From assembly GCA_038065495.1 (NCBI GenBank), contig JBBTQW010000001.1, positions 1-37,257 of the forward strand: a stretch of 37,257 bases of DNA. Reading direction: 5' to 3'. The stretch is from Patescibacteria group bacterium (lineage in GTDB: Bacteria; Patescibacteriota; Minisyncoccia; Phycocordibacterales; JACOZG01). Positions within the stretch are counted from its first letter, which is position 1. Each line of letters starts with the position of its first letter. Positions 8,576-16,809 of this stretch are shown here, piece by piece. The position numbers and the translations under genes are program-made. The notes beneath the pieces are model-generated. The model was not told where the DNA came from and made no database searches. It saw only the letters and a list, made by a program, of their open reading frames with translations.

Positions 8576-9541
8576 CTAAGCCACCTCGCTCAGCGCTTTC
8601 TCACCCTTCAAAACTGCTAGAATATTCTTCGCGACTAGTTCGCTCATCGCAGCGCGCGCTTCTTCCGTCGCGCTGGCCGTGTGGGGCGTGATTACCACGT
8701 TCGGCAAATCAGCTAAACCAGCTGCGAGTTTTGGCTCGTTCTCAAAGACATCCAGACCAGCTCCCCTAATAGTTTTATTTTTCAGCGCTTCTACCAGAGC
8801 ACTTTCATCAATCACCGGACCGCGGGAAGTGTTGATGAGGATAGCGTGAGGTTTCATTAATTTTAGCCTGTCAGCATTGATCAAGTGTTTCGTGCTTGGC
8901 AAGAGTGGCACGTGTATTGAGACAAAATCTGACACTTTTAATAACTCATCCACATTCGCCATAAACTTAGCGCCAGTCATTTTTTCGAAATCACTATTAG
9001 CCGTGATATCGTAATAAACCACGCGCAAATCAAACGCTCTAGCGTACTGCGCCAGCCGCGAACCAATCCGACCCAAGCCCACAATCCCCAGCGTCTTGCC
9101 CGTCAGTTCTGTACCGAGCAAGAGTAGCGGCGCCCAGCCGTCGTATTTCCCTTCGCGCAAGAAAGTATCAGATTCCACCAAACGTTTAGAAACAGCCAGA
9201 AGTAAAGCAAAAGCGTGTTCGGCGACAGCGTTGGTGAGCACCCCGGGCGTATTAGTGATAATTATTCCTCTTTTCTTCGCTTCCGGCACATCTACATTGT
9301 CATAACCCACCGCGTAATTCGCAAAAATCTTCGTGCTAGGCGAAGCGTCAAAAATTTCGGCATCAATTTTGTCAGTCAATAGAGAAATCACAGCGTCATA
9401 ATTCTGATCTTTCAGACTCGCGACCAATTCTGCCTTAGTCAGCACGCCAGCCTTCTCACTCACCACCACTTTGTGATTATTATTTCTTAATAACTCAATC
9501 CCCGCTTCTGGAATCCGCCTCGTCACAAAAATTTTCGCCAT
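8576..9541 (-). CDS. D-2-hydroxyacid dehydrogenase (glyoxylate reductase / D-glycerate dehydrogenase family)
   Basis: AVGYDNVD, NTPGVLT, GIVGLGRIG, INTSRGPVIDE, LDVFENEP, TPHTASAT. Confidence 0.93.
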   Translation of the reverse strand: MAKIFVTRRIPEAGIELLRNNNHKVVVSEKAGVLTKAELVASLKDQNYDAVISLLTDKIDAEIFDASPSTKIFANYAVGYDNVDVPEAKKRGIIITNTPGVLTNAVAEHAFALLLAVSKRLVESDTFLREGKYDGWAPLLLLGTELTGKTLGIVGLGRIGSRLAQYARAFDLRVVYYDITANSDFEKMTGAKFMANVDELLKVSDFVSIHVPLLPSTKHLINADRLKLMKPHAILINTSRGPVIDESALVEALKNKTIRGAGLDVFENEPKLAAGLADLPNVVITPHTASATEEARAAMSELVAKNILAVLKGEKALSEVA

Positions 9542-9564
9542 GGTTTTTTAGGTTTTTATTTAGT

Positions 9565-9593
9565 TTGACAATCCTTATTATCAGGTATAGGGT
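9565..9593 (+). promoter_or_regulatory. Putative sigma70 promoter of ORFan cassette B
   Basis: TTGACA-N17-TAGGGT; perfect -35, weak -10 that keeps T-12, A-11 and T-7. Confidence 0.55.
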
Positions 9594-9640
9594 AAAAAGT
9601 GGCAAGTTTTACAGCTCTTTGAGAGCAGGAAAGGACAGAA

Positions 9641-9844
9641 ATGGTCACAAAAAAGATTACTTCCCGGTCTTCACGGATACGACCAGTTGATGAGATCGAA
9701 AGAATCATGAGAATGATGTACGACCCAACAGCATTCGCGCCACTTCCCAAACCACCTCACAATTTAGGTAACGGTCGACTCGACATCACCAGACTTGAGC
9801 AAGTTGTGGGGGAAAAAATCTCCTCCCGGAGCAAGCGTCGGTAG
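9641..9844 (+). CDS. Small hypothetical protein (ORFan cassette B)
   Basis: 67-aa ORF with AGGAAAGGA 5 nt before the ATG, its own promoter and a terminator; fills the intergenic gap. Confidence 0.6.
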   Translation: MVTKKITSRSSRIRPVDEIERIMRMMYDPTAFAPLPKPPHNLGNGRLDITRLEQVVGEKISSRSKRR

Positions 9845-9862
9845 ATGCCAACCACACGTACG

Positions 9863-9888
9863 ACCCGCCACCGTAGGCGGGTTTTTTT
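9863..9888 (+). terminator. Intrinsic terminator of cassette B
   Basis: ACCCGCC-accgta-GGCGGGT followed by a T tract. Confidence 0.85.
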
Positions 9889-9891
9889 ATT

Positions 9892-10770
9892 TTACAGGTT
9901 AGAAAACAACCTCAACTTTTTCTCTACCACTTTCTGCATTGCCGTCACGGCTGGTTTTAAGATTTTATATGGCGCAACTTCGTCGGGGTTTTCTTGGAGC
10001 GTTAGACGGAGCGCATCGCGATAAGCCACGCGCAATTCCGTATTGATATGCACGATTCGCACGCCGGCAGTGATGGCGTCGCGGAAATCCTGCTCGTTGT
10101 TACCCGAGCCGCCATGGAGCACGAGGGGCACGCCGGCCGCTTCACTGATTTCTCCCACTCGCGCAATGTTCAGTGCTGGATCCGCGCCACTTTTCAACAT
10201 CCCATGAATATTCCCCACCGCTGGCGCGAGCAAATCCACACCAGTTTCGGCCACAAATCGCTTCGCTTCGTCTGGTTTCGTCAGATCTTCCAATCCCAAC
10301 TTCACGCCTTCCGGAATCGCATCAAGAAGCTTACTCGAAGTGCCAATGTAGCCAAGTTCGCCTTCGACAATAATATCTCTATTCTGAACTTTAGCTTGCT
10401 CGCGAGCATAATCCACGCACTGTTTCGTGATTCTAATATTTTCTTCTAGATCCAGCTTACTGCCGTCGAAAATTACGGCGTCAAAGCCCGCATCTACTGC
10501 TTCTTTCACTCTATCAAAACTGTAAGTGTGATCGGCATTAAGAAATATCGGGTAAGAAAATTCTTCACGCAAACTTTTTACCAACGCCACCGCTTGCCGC
10601 ACACCCACGAAATCTCTTTCGCCTTCTGAGACGCCAATAATCACCGGCAGATTTAGCTCTTTCGCCGCATAGAAAATCGCCCACAAAGCTTCTAAATTAG
10701 AAATATTAAAATGGCCGATGGCGGTTTTATTAGCTTCAGCTTGTTTCAAGCACTCGCGTAAAGTTAGCAT
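9892..10770 (-). CDS. fba: Class II fructose-bisphosphate aldolase
   Basis: NADHT, GFDAVIFDGS, VEGELGYIG, AVGNIHG, LVLHGGSG, HINTEL. Confidence 0.95.
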   Translation of the reverse strand: MLTLRECLKQAEANKTAIGHFNISNLEALWAIFYAAKELNLPVIIGVSEGERDFVGVRQAVALVKSLREEFSYPIFLNADHTYSFDRVKEAVDAGFDAVIFDGSKLDLEENIRITKQCVDYAREQAKVQNRDIIVEGELGYIGTSSKLLDAIPEGVKLGLEDLTKPDEAKRFVAETGVDLLAPAVGNIHGMLKSGADPALNIARVGEISEAAGVPLVLHGGSGNNEQDFRDAITAGVRIVHINTELRVAYRDALRLTLQENPDEVAPYKILKPAVTAMQKVVEKKLRLFSNL

Positions 10771-10789
10771 TATGCTTATAATTATAGCA
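10771..10789. promoter_or_regulatory. Overlapping divergent -10 elements between fba and the kinase
   Basis: TATAAT on + (10777-10782), 6 nt before ATG 10789; TGCTATAAT on - (10781-10789), 10 nt before ATG 10770. Confidence 0.7.
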
Positions 10790-11811
10790 TGGAAAATAAC
10801 TCAAGTTCTAGCTTCGACTTCATCGCGCTTGGCGATATCACTACGGACGCTTTTATTAGATTAAAAGACGCCAAAACAAGTTGTGATCTAGATCACGAGA
10901 ACTGCCAGCTCTGCTTGCGCTTCGGTGACAAAGTGCCTTATGAGAGCGTCACGATTGTGCCGGCCGTCGGCAACAGTCCAAACGCGAGTGTGGCTGCAGC
11001 CCGGCTTGGCTTGAAGTCTGCGCTCGTGACTAATTTGGGAGATGACCGGAATGGCGATGAGGCGATAAAAGCGCTGGAGAAAAACGGCGTGAGTACAAAA
11101 TTAGTGAGAAGACATCAGAATCAGAAAACGAATTATCATTATGTCTTATGGTACGAAGATGATCGCACTATTTTAATTAAACACGAAGATTATAATTACG
11201 CTCTGCCAAGTTTAGATACAAAATGGCTGTACTTGAGCTCGCTCGGTGAGAATTCACTGGCGCTTCATGATACGCTCGCCGCTTATTTACAAAATAATCC
11301 GGAGATCAAACTCGCCTTCCAGCCCGGAACCTTCCAGATGAAACTGGGTGTCGAAAAGTTAAAAAAGATTTATGCGCGAACTGAAATATTTTTCTGCAAT
11401 GTGGAAGAAGCGAAGAGGATTACTGGCCAGAACCAAGCCAGTCCGGAGAGTTTGCTCGGTTATATTCGTCAGTTAGGACCAAAAATTGTCGTCATCACCG
11501 ACGGCAAGAACGGCGCTTATGCTTGCGCTCCCAGCAGTCACGACAGCAAGAGCGTCGAACACTGGTTCATGCCGCCTTATCCGGATCCGAAACCACCGCT
11601 CGAGCGCACCGGCGCCGGCGACAGCTTTGCCAGCACCATAGTTTCAGCACTAGCGCTAGGCAAAGATTTGCCCGAAGCTTTGCGCTGGGGGCCAATCAAC
11701 TCGATGTCCGTGGTCCAACAAATCGGCGCCCAAGCCGGCTTGCTCACGCGTCCGCAACTAGAGAAATTCCTCGCCGAAGCGCCACTGGATTACAAAGTGA
11801 AAAGGATTTAG
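10789..11811 (+). CDS. PfkB/ribokinase-family carbohydrate kinase
   Basis: GNSPNASVAAARLG..LGDD..G signature, CNVEEA, VITDGKNGA, ERTGAGDSF. Confidence 0.93.
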   Translation: MENNSSSSFDFIALGDITTDAFIRLKDAKTSCDLDHENCQLCLRFGDKVPYESVTIVPAVGNSPNASVAAARLGLKSALVTNLGDDRNGDEAIKALEKNGVSTKLVRRHQNQKTNYHYVLWYEDDRTILIKHEDYNYALPSLDTKWLYLSSLGENSLALHDTLAAYLQNNPEIKLAFQPGTFQMKLGVEKLKKIYARTEIFFCNVEEAKRITGQNQASPESLLGYIRQLGPKIVVITDGKNGAYACAPSSHDSKSVEHWFMPPYPDPKPPLERTGAGDSFASTIVSALALGKDLPEALRWGPINSMSVVQQIGAQAGLLTRPQLEKFLAEAPLDYKVKRI

Positions 11812-11822
11812 AAAACTACAAT

Positions 11823-12476
11823 TTATTTTAATCCGGATAGCTTGACTTTAAGTTCTTGCCTATAACCGTCTATTACTCTGTGAAAAAATGGATATTGGTC
11901 AATGGGTGCAAACGAGAATAATCCTGATCCCTTCGTTATGGCCCCAGGAATGCTATCTGCATTGAATAACCTTGCTCCTTCTATAGTTTTGGCATTATTA
12001 AGGGCTTCCAGAACGAATTCTGGCTTATAGTTATCGATTTGATGATCAAGTTGATCTAGTTCTGCAAGTTTAACATTAATTGCCCGTATTTTTTCAAGAT
12101 TGTTATTTAAAGCACCGCTATTGACTGTCAAAGATGAGAGTCTTACTTGAAGATCGGCAATTTCCTTTTTAAGTCTCGCGTTTTCTTCAACTAAAATATT
12201 TAGACGCGCCTGTAAAGCTGGATCCTGGACAGTTTTGGTGATTGTTTTCACTTCAGGCTCTTGTTTAAGAATTTCTTTTTCAACCTTGGGAGTATTATTA
12301 ATTTTACTTTCGAGTTCTTGGATTCTTTTTAAAAGATCGTTATCAATAGTCTTAGGCAAAGATGGAACTTCTGTCTTTCCCCAAGTCAATGGATTCCACC
12401 AAGCCGCCTGAACTTGTTGCAATAAAGTGGAAAAACAGATTAATGTCAAAACAAAAACCAAAATTAATCTTTTCAT
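11823..12476 (-). CDS. Secreted hypothetical protein with WWNPxTW motif and coiled coil
   Basis: Signal peptide VQA-AWWNPLTW, heptad-rich middle; visibly AT-richer than its neighbours. Confidence 0.8.
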   Translation of the reverse strand: MKRLILVFVLTLICFSTLLQQVQAAWWNPLTWGKTEVPSLPKTIDNDLLKRIQELESKINNTPKVEKEILKQEPEVKTITKTVQDPALQARLNILVEENARLKKEIADLQVRLSSLTVNSGALNNNLEKIRAINVKLAELDQLDHQIDNYKPEFVLEALNNAKTIEGARLFNADSIPGAITKGSGLFSFAPIDQYPFFHRVIDGYRQELKVKLSGLK

Positions 12477-12498
12477 AATTATTATAATATTATAACTT

Positions 12499-13497
12499 TT
12501 ACTTCTTCCGCGCTAGCACTCTCTGTACAGCGAGACGAATGTGCGAAACACCAAGACCGTAATGCTCCAGCAATTCTTGTGGTGTTCCCGATTGACCGAA
12601 CTGGTCATCCACACCCATTAGCTCCATCGGTACCGGATAATGCTCGGCGAGGAACTCGGCCACGGCGCTACCCATGCCACCGCGCTTCTGATGTTCTTCT
12701 ACAGTCACCACCGCGCCAGCTTGAGATGCCACTCTCAAAATTGTCTCTTCATCAAGTGGCTTGATCGTGTGGAGATTAATCACACTCACTTCCAAGCCTT
12801 GATTAGCTAGGTCGTTGGCGGCGATGAGCGCATTGTAGACCATCTGCCCGCAAGCGATAATCGCCACTTGCGGTTTGTCGGGCTGGCGGAGAATATTCGC
12901 TTTGCCGATTTCGAAGAATGATTCTTCTGTTGTTACCACGGGCGACTTTTCCCGCGCGAGGCGGAGATAAGCTGGTCCAGTCCAGCGGGCAATCTGCCAA
13001 GTCGCCTTCTTCGCTTCAATCGCGTCACAAGGCACAATCACGGCCAAGCGTGGGATGACGCGCGTGATGGCAATATCCTCGATCGCCTGATGCGTGCCAC
13101 CGTCTGGTCCGACAGAGACGCCAGCGTGCGAGCCGATGATCTTCACGTTTCGATCGTTATAACAAATCGTCGTCCGGATCTGCTCCCAATTCCGACCCGG
13201 ACTGAACATGGCATAGGAAGTGAGGAACGGAATCTTACCCATCGCGGCCATGCCGCTCGCTACGCTCGCGAGATTCTGCTCGGCCACGCCCACTTGGATA
13301 AAGCGCTCGGGGAACTGCTTCGCAAACAAGTGCATCTGCGTGGATTCTGTGAGATCAGCGCACAAGCCCACCACGTTCTGATCTTCTGCCCCAACGCCGA
13401 GCAAGCCCTCGCCGAAGCCTTTGCGAATTGGCACTTGCTCCACATCAAGTTTGAAAAGTTTCGGATTTAATTTTTGTGATTCGACAAGATTATTCAT
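12499..13497 (-). CDS. Transketolase, C-terminal section (ATG 13497; ORF track 13503)
   Basis: ADLTEST, GVAEQN, GPDGGTHQAIED, VTVEEHQ..GGMGSAV. Confidence 0.95.
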   Translation of the reverse strand: MNNLVESQKLNPKLFKLDVEQVPIRKGFGEGLLGVGAEDQNVVGLCADLTESTQMHLFAKQFPERFIQVGVAEQNLASVASGMAAMGKIPFLTSYAMFSPGRNWEQIRTTICYNDRNVKIIGSHAGVSVGPDGGTHQAIEDIAITRVIPRLAVIVPCDAIEAKKATWQIARWTGPAYLRLAREKSPVVTTEESFFEIGKANILRQPDKPQVAIIACGQMVYNALIAANDLANQGLEVSVINLHTIKPLDEETILRVASQAGAVVTVEEHQKRGGMGSAVAEFLAEHYPVPMELMGVDDQFGQSGTPQELLEHYGLGVSHIRLAVQRVLARKK

Positions 13498-14356
13498 GAT
13501 CACTCTTATTTATTCTACCACCTAAAGTTCTCAATTCTTTCAGTGCTAGCTCCCCTTCGGCTTTGTTTGGCGGTTTGCCATGCCACTGGTATTGACGCTC
13601 GAATTCCGGCACGCCTTTGCTCGGAATCGTATGTGCAATGATCACGCTCGGCTGGCTGAAGATCGCCTTGGCTTGATTGACCGCTTCGTCTATTGCCTCG
13701 AAATTGTGACCATCAATCTCTTGCACATGCCAGTTGAAGGCGCGCCACTTATCGGCCAGTGGCTCGAGTGGCAAGACATCTTCCGTAAAGCCGTCTATTT
13801 GAATATTATTGCGGTCAACGATCGCAATCAAGTTATGCAGTTTCTCGCGACCGGCCAGCATGATTGCCTCCCAGTTCTGGCCTTCGTCGAGCTCGCCATC
13901 ACCCAATAAACAATAGAAAAATTTATTAGACGCTTTGCCGGCGTCTATCCTCTCGGCCAGAGCCATGCCAACAGCTTGTGATAAGCCCGAACCCAGTGGC
14001 CCGGAGCTAGTTTCGGTAAATGGCAGGAACTCGCGATGCGGATGACCCTGCAGGCGCGAGCCGAAGTGCCGCAAAGTTTTCAACTCTTCAACCGGGAAGT
14101 AACCAGCATGCGCGAGTGTGGCGTAATAAACCGGACAAATGTGGCCGTTTGAGAGAATTAATCTATCGCGCTCTGGCCAGTCAGGCTTCGCTGGATCATG
14201 CTTGAGCAAGTGAAAATATAAAGCCGCGAAGATATCCGCCATGCCGAGTGGTCCAGCCGTGTGACCCGAGCCAGCCGAAAGTAACGCATCAATAATGGAG
14301 ATTCTGATGTCATTGGCCTTGCGTTCGAGCAGTTTAATTTTGTCGTCGTAGAGCAT
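13490..14356 (-). CDS. Transketolase, N-terminal (TPP-binding) section
   Basis: GSGHTAG, RDRLILSNGH, LQGHP, GDGELDEGQNWEA..N TPP motif. Confidence 0.95.
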   Translation of the reverse strand: MLYDDKIKLLERKANDIRISIIDALLSAGSGHTAGPLGMADIFAALYFHLLKHDPAKPDWPERDRLILSNGHICPVYYATLAHAGYFPVEELKTLRHFGSRLQGHPHREFLPFTETSSGPLGSGLSQAVGMALAERIDAGKASNKFFYCLLGDGELDEGQNWEAIMLAGREKLHNLIAIVDRNNIQIDGFTEDVLPLEPLADKWRAFNWHVQEIDGHNFEAIDEAVNQAKAIFSQPSVIIAHTIPSKGVPEFERQYQWHGKPPNKAEGELALKELRTLGGRINKSDHE

Positions 14357-14993
14357 TAAAAGTTTGTATCGCTTTAGAAATATCTTTACTTTTCCAAATC
14401 GCCGAGCCGATTACTAATCTATCTGCGCCAGCTTTAATTAATTTTTCCGCGTTCTTGAGAGTGACACCACCGTCCACACTAATTTTAACATCTGGATACT
14501 CTTTACGCAAAAAACTTATCCTCTCATAAACTTTCTTATCCAACGGCTCGCCGTGATGACCAATCGTGGCAATGCTCATGAGCTGGATATTTTTTATTTT
14601 TCCCATCAACGGCGCTAGTTTCGCCAAATCAGTTTGTAATAAAACAGCTACAGCCAATCTCTTCTCTAACTGATTTAGTTTATCTAATTTATCAATAATT
14701 TCTGTCAGTTTATTAGTCGCTTCTAGGTGCACAATCACGCGGTCGCAAGTGCCGAGCCAATCATCCAACACATTTTCTGGCTCTTCCAGCATCAAGTGTG
14801 CCTCTAGTTTGAGCTTTCCATCTAGTTGCTCCAGCTCTGCGGGACTCTGCCAACTATATTCGGGCACGAAGAGGCCATCCATCACATCAATCTGCGCCCA
14901 CTCTACCGAGCCGTCTAGTTTCTCTAACTGATTAATTTTCTTACTGACTTCCAGAAAATTTTCGCCAATTATGGCCGGCACAATTTCTGTCAT
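14334..14993 (-). CDS. rpe: Ribulose-phosphate 3-epimerase family protein (start at MTEIVPA)
   Basis: IVPAI, QIDVMDGLFVP, EAHLM, SVDGGV, GADRLVIGSAI; lies between rpiB and transketolase. Confidence 0.88.
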   Translation of the reverse strand: MTEIVPAIIGENFLEVSKKINQLEKLDGSVEWAQIDVMDGLFVPEYSWQSPAELEQLDGKLKLEAHLMLEEPENVLDDWLGTCDRVIVHLEATNKLTEIIDKLDKLNQLEKRLAVAVLLQTDLAKLAPLMGKIKNIQLMSIATIGHHGEPLDKKVYERISFLRKEYPDVKISVDGGVTLKNAEKLIKAGADRLVIGSAIWKSKDISKAIQTFNALRRQN

Positions 14994-15018
14994 GTTACTT
15001 GTTATTTTAACTATTTTT

Positions 15019-15486
15019 TTAAAACTCGTTAGTCCCCGGCACTGGCGTATCAATCTTCGGCAAGCGCCTGATATGCCGTTCTTCGCCCGTGAATTCGGTA
15101 TCCAGCCACAGTTTAATCACCTCTTTCGCGCGTTCTAAGTTCACAAATCTGGCGCCAATAGACAAGATATTAGCATTATTGTGTTCGCGAGATAATCTGA
15201 CAATCTGCTCGTCACCGCCATAGTAGACCGCCGCGCGCACGTTCCGGAAGCGATTGGCCGTGATCGCCTCGCCTTGCCCGGAACCGCCAAAGATTATGCC
15301 GCGATCTTCTTCCGGATTGGCCGAGACTTGCTTGGCCACAATCTGCACAAATTCCGGATAATCATCTTCCGCCTCCAGGACAAAAGCTCCTTCGTCCGAG
15401 ACCAAATAACCTAGCGTGTGCAGCCAGACTTTGATCTCCTCTTTGAGAGCGAAGCCGGCGTGATCAGTGGCAAGATGGATTCTCAT
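15019..15486 (-). CDS. rpiB: Ribose-5-phosphate isomerase B (RpiB/LacA/LacB family)
   Basis: ATDHAGFALKE, DDYP, GGSGQGEAITANR, SREHNNANILSIGAR, RHIRR; TGGTATAAT 7 nt before ATG 15486. Confidence 0.93.
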   Translation of the reverse strand: MRIHLATDHAGFALKEEIKVWLHTLGYLVSDEGAFVLEAEDDYPEFVQIVAKQVSANPEEDRGIIFGGSGQGEAITANRFRNVRAAVYYGGDEQIVRLSREHNNANILSIGARFVNLERAKEVIKLWLDTEFTGEERHIRRLPKIDTPVPGTNEF

Positions 15487-15534
15487 GTCCAAAATTATAC
15501 CACAGACGCTATTTTATTCTGTGTTTAACCAGAC

Positions 15535-15564
15535 TTGACAAAATGGGACTACTTGTGCTAAAAT
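15535..15564 (+). promoter_or_regulatory. Sigma70 promoter of ORFan cassette C
   Basis: TTGACA-N18-TAAAAT with extended TG. Confidence 0.7.
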
Positions 15565-15640
15565 AGACGAGACTAGTAAAGATTTGGCGTGTGGCCAATA
15601 TCTGTTGAAAAATAAGGCTTTTTTAGGAAAGGAGCCAAAA

Positions 15641-16015
15641 ATGGTCCAATATCATGTGACTTCTGTAATGCCAGATCGAGACACAAAATTCTGGAAAAAG
15701 TACTTTGCCAAGATTGATGTGCCAGACAAAGGACCCAGATTGTTGTCCAAAAGATTGAACGGTGAGATGACTTTCTCGGGAATGCAGGCCAAGTTTGGGC
15801 CATCCACCGTAAGCGGATCCGATGTGCTTCGTGCCATTAACGGTGGTGACCTAAGTAAGGAACGAGCTATCCACTTTTTCTTTTTGGACGAAGGAGCGGT
15901 GGCTAATGTTTTCTTCGAAGACAATGATTGGGCAATTCTGATGGATTCAGTAGAGCGGCCCGATATCTGGGTGGATCATCACTGTGTCTGGTCTACGGGA
16001 TTCAGAGAAACGTGA
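15641..16015 (+). CDS. Hypothetical protein (ORFan cassette C), start at MVQYHV
   Basis: AGGAAAGGAG 6 nt before ATG 15641; own promoter and terminator; 124 aa. Confidence 0.7.
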   Translation: MVQYHVTSVMPDRDTKFWKKYFAKIDVPDKGPRLLSKRLNGEMTFSGMQAKFGPSTVSGSDVLRAINGGDLSKERAIHFFFLDEGAVANVFFEDNDWAILMDSVERPDIWVDHHCVWSTGFRET

Positions 16016-16048
16016 TTCCTTTCAAATGGGAAAACAGCTCGCCACTCT

Positions 16049-16077
16049 CGCGCTCAGTTACACTGGGCGCGTTTTTT
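16049..16077 (+). terminator. Intrinsic terminator of cassette C
   Basis: CGCGCTCAGT-tac-ACTGGGCGCG followed by T6. Confidence 0.8.
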
Positions 16078-16083
16078 ATTTTT

Positions 16084-16809
16084 CTAAACACTCCCCGCTT
16101 TCATCGCCTCTATAACCAAAAAAGACGGAATTTCTTGTTGGAAATCAATGTAATCTTTTTCTCGTTTTTCTTCTACGGGTGGGATTGTTTTAATCTCTCG
16201 CAAGGTTGTCACCACAAATCTGCTAGATTTTAGTTTAGCGAAATAATAGTCTAACGGCCGATGATACATTATTATTCCCTTGTCGCCGTATAGACCATTA
16301 GGCATCGTCGCGATTTGTCCGTATTTTTTCACTTTGCGATAGTAACCAGTTTCGTCTACTTGCGTTGTGCTCAGATCACGCATTGGATGAGGAATGGCAA
16401 AAATCAATTTGCCTCTCGGTTTCAACAAGCGCGAAAATTCGGCCATACACGGGTCTAAGTCTTCGATCAAATGCAGCGCCATGGTGGAAACAATCCAATC
16501 TTGAGAATAATCTTCAATACTCTTTAGAGCTGTAATATCGCCAACCAAAAATCTAATCGCCGGATCACTGTTTTCTCTCTTAGCTATCTCGATTAATTTT
16601 TCCGAAACATCGACAGCGATCACAGACGCACCCAACTTTGCCAAGATTCGCGAAAAATAACCATTACCGCAAGCAAAATCAACAACCTCACAATTTTTTA
16701 TATCGCCTAATAATTCCAGAATGACCGGATTAACAAAATTATTGTGATAGTAATCCCCACTATCACCTACGCGCTCATGATATTCCTCCGCGACAGAATC
16801 CCAGTTCAT
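16084..16809 (-). CDS. Class I SAM-dependent methyltransferase
   Basis: VVDFACGNG motif I, AVDVS, RLLKPRGKLIF; ATGA overlap with the gap stop. Confidence 0.9.
   Translation of the reverse strand: MNWDSVAEEYHERVGDSGDYYHNNFVNPVILELLGDIKNCEVVDFACGNGYFSRILAKLGASVIAVDVSEKLIEIAKRENSDPAIRFLVGDITALKSIEDYSQDWIVSTMALHLIEDLDPCMAEFSRLLKPRGKLIFAIPHPMRDLSTTQVDETGYYRKVKKYGQIATMPNGLYGDKGIIMYHRPLDYYFAKLKSSRFVVTTLREIKTIPPVEEKREKDYIDFQQEIPSFLVIEAMKAGSV

Noticed and set aside
9556-9750. 64-aa minus-strand ORF competing with cassette B
   Set aside because: Promoter, SD and terminator all support the plus-strand ORF 9641-9844.
12499-14356. Split transketolase as a frameshift
   Set aside because: The two-subunit form is an established architecture, and each half has its own start and complete motifs.
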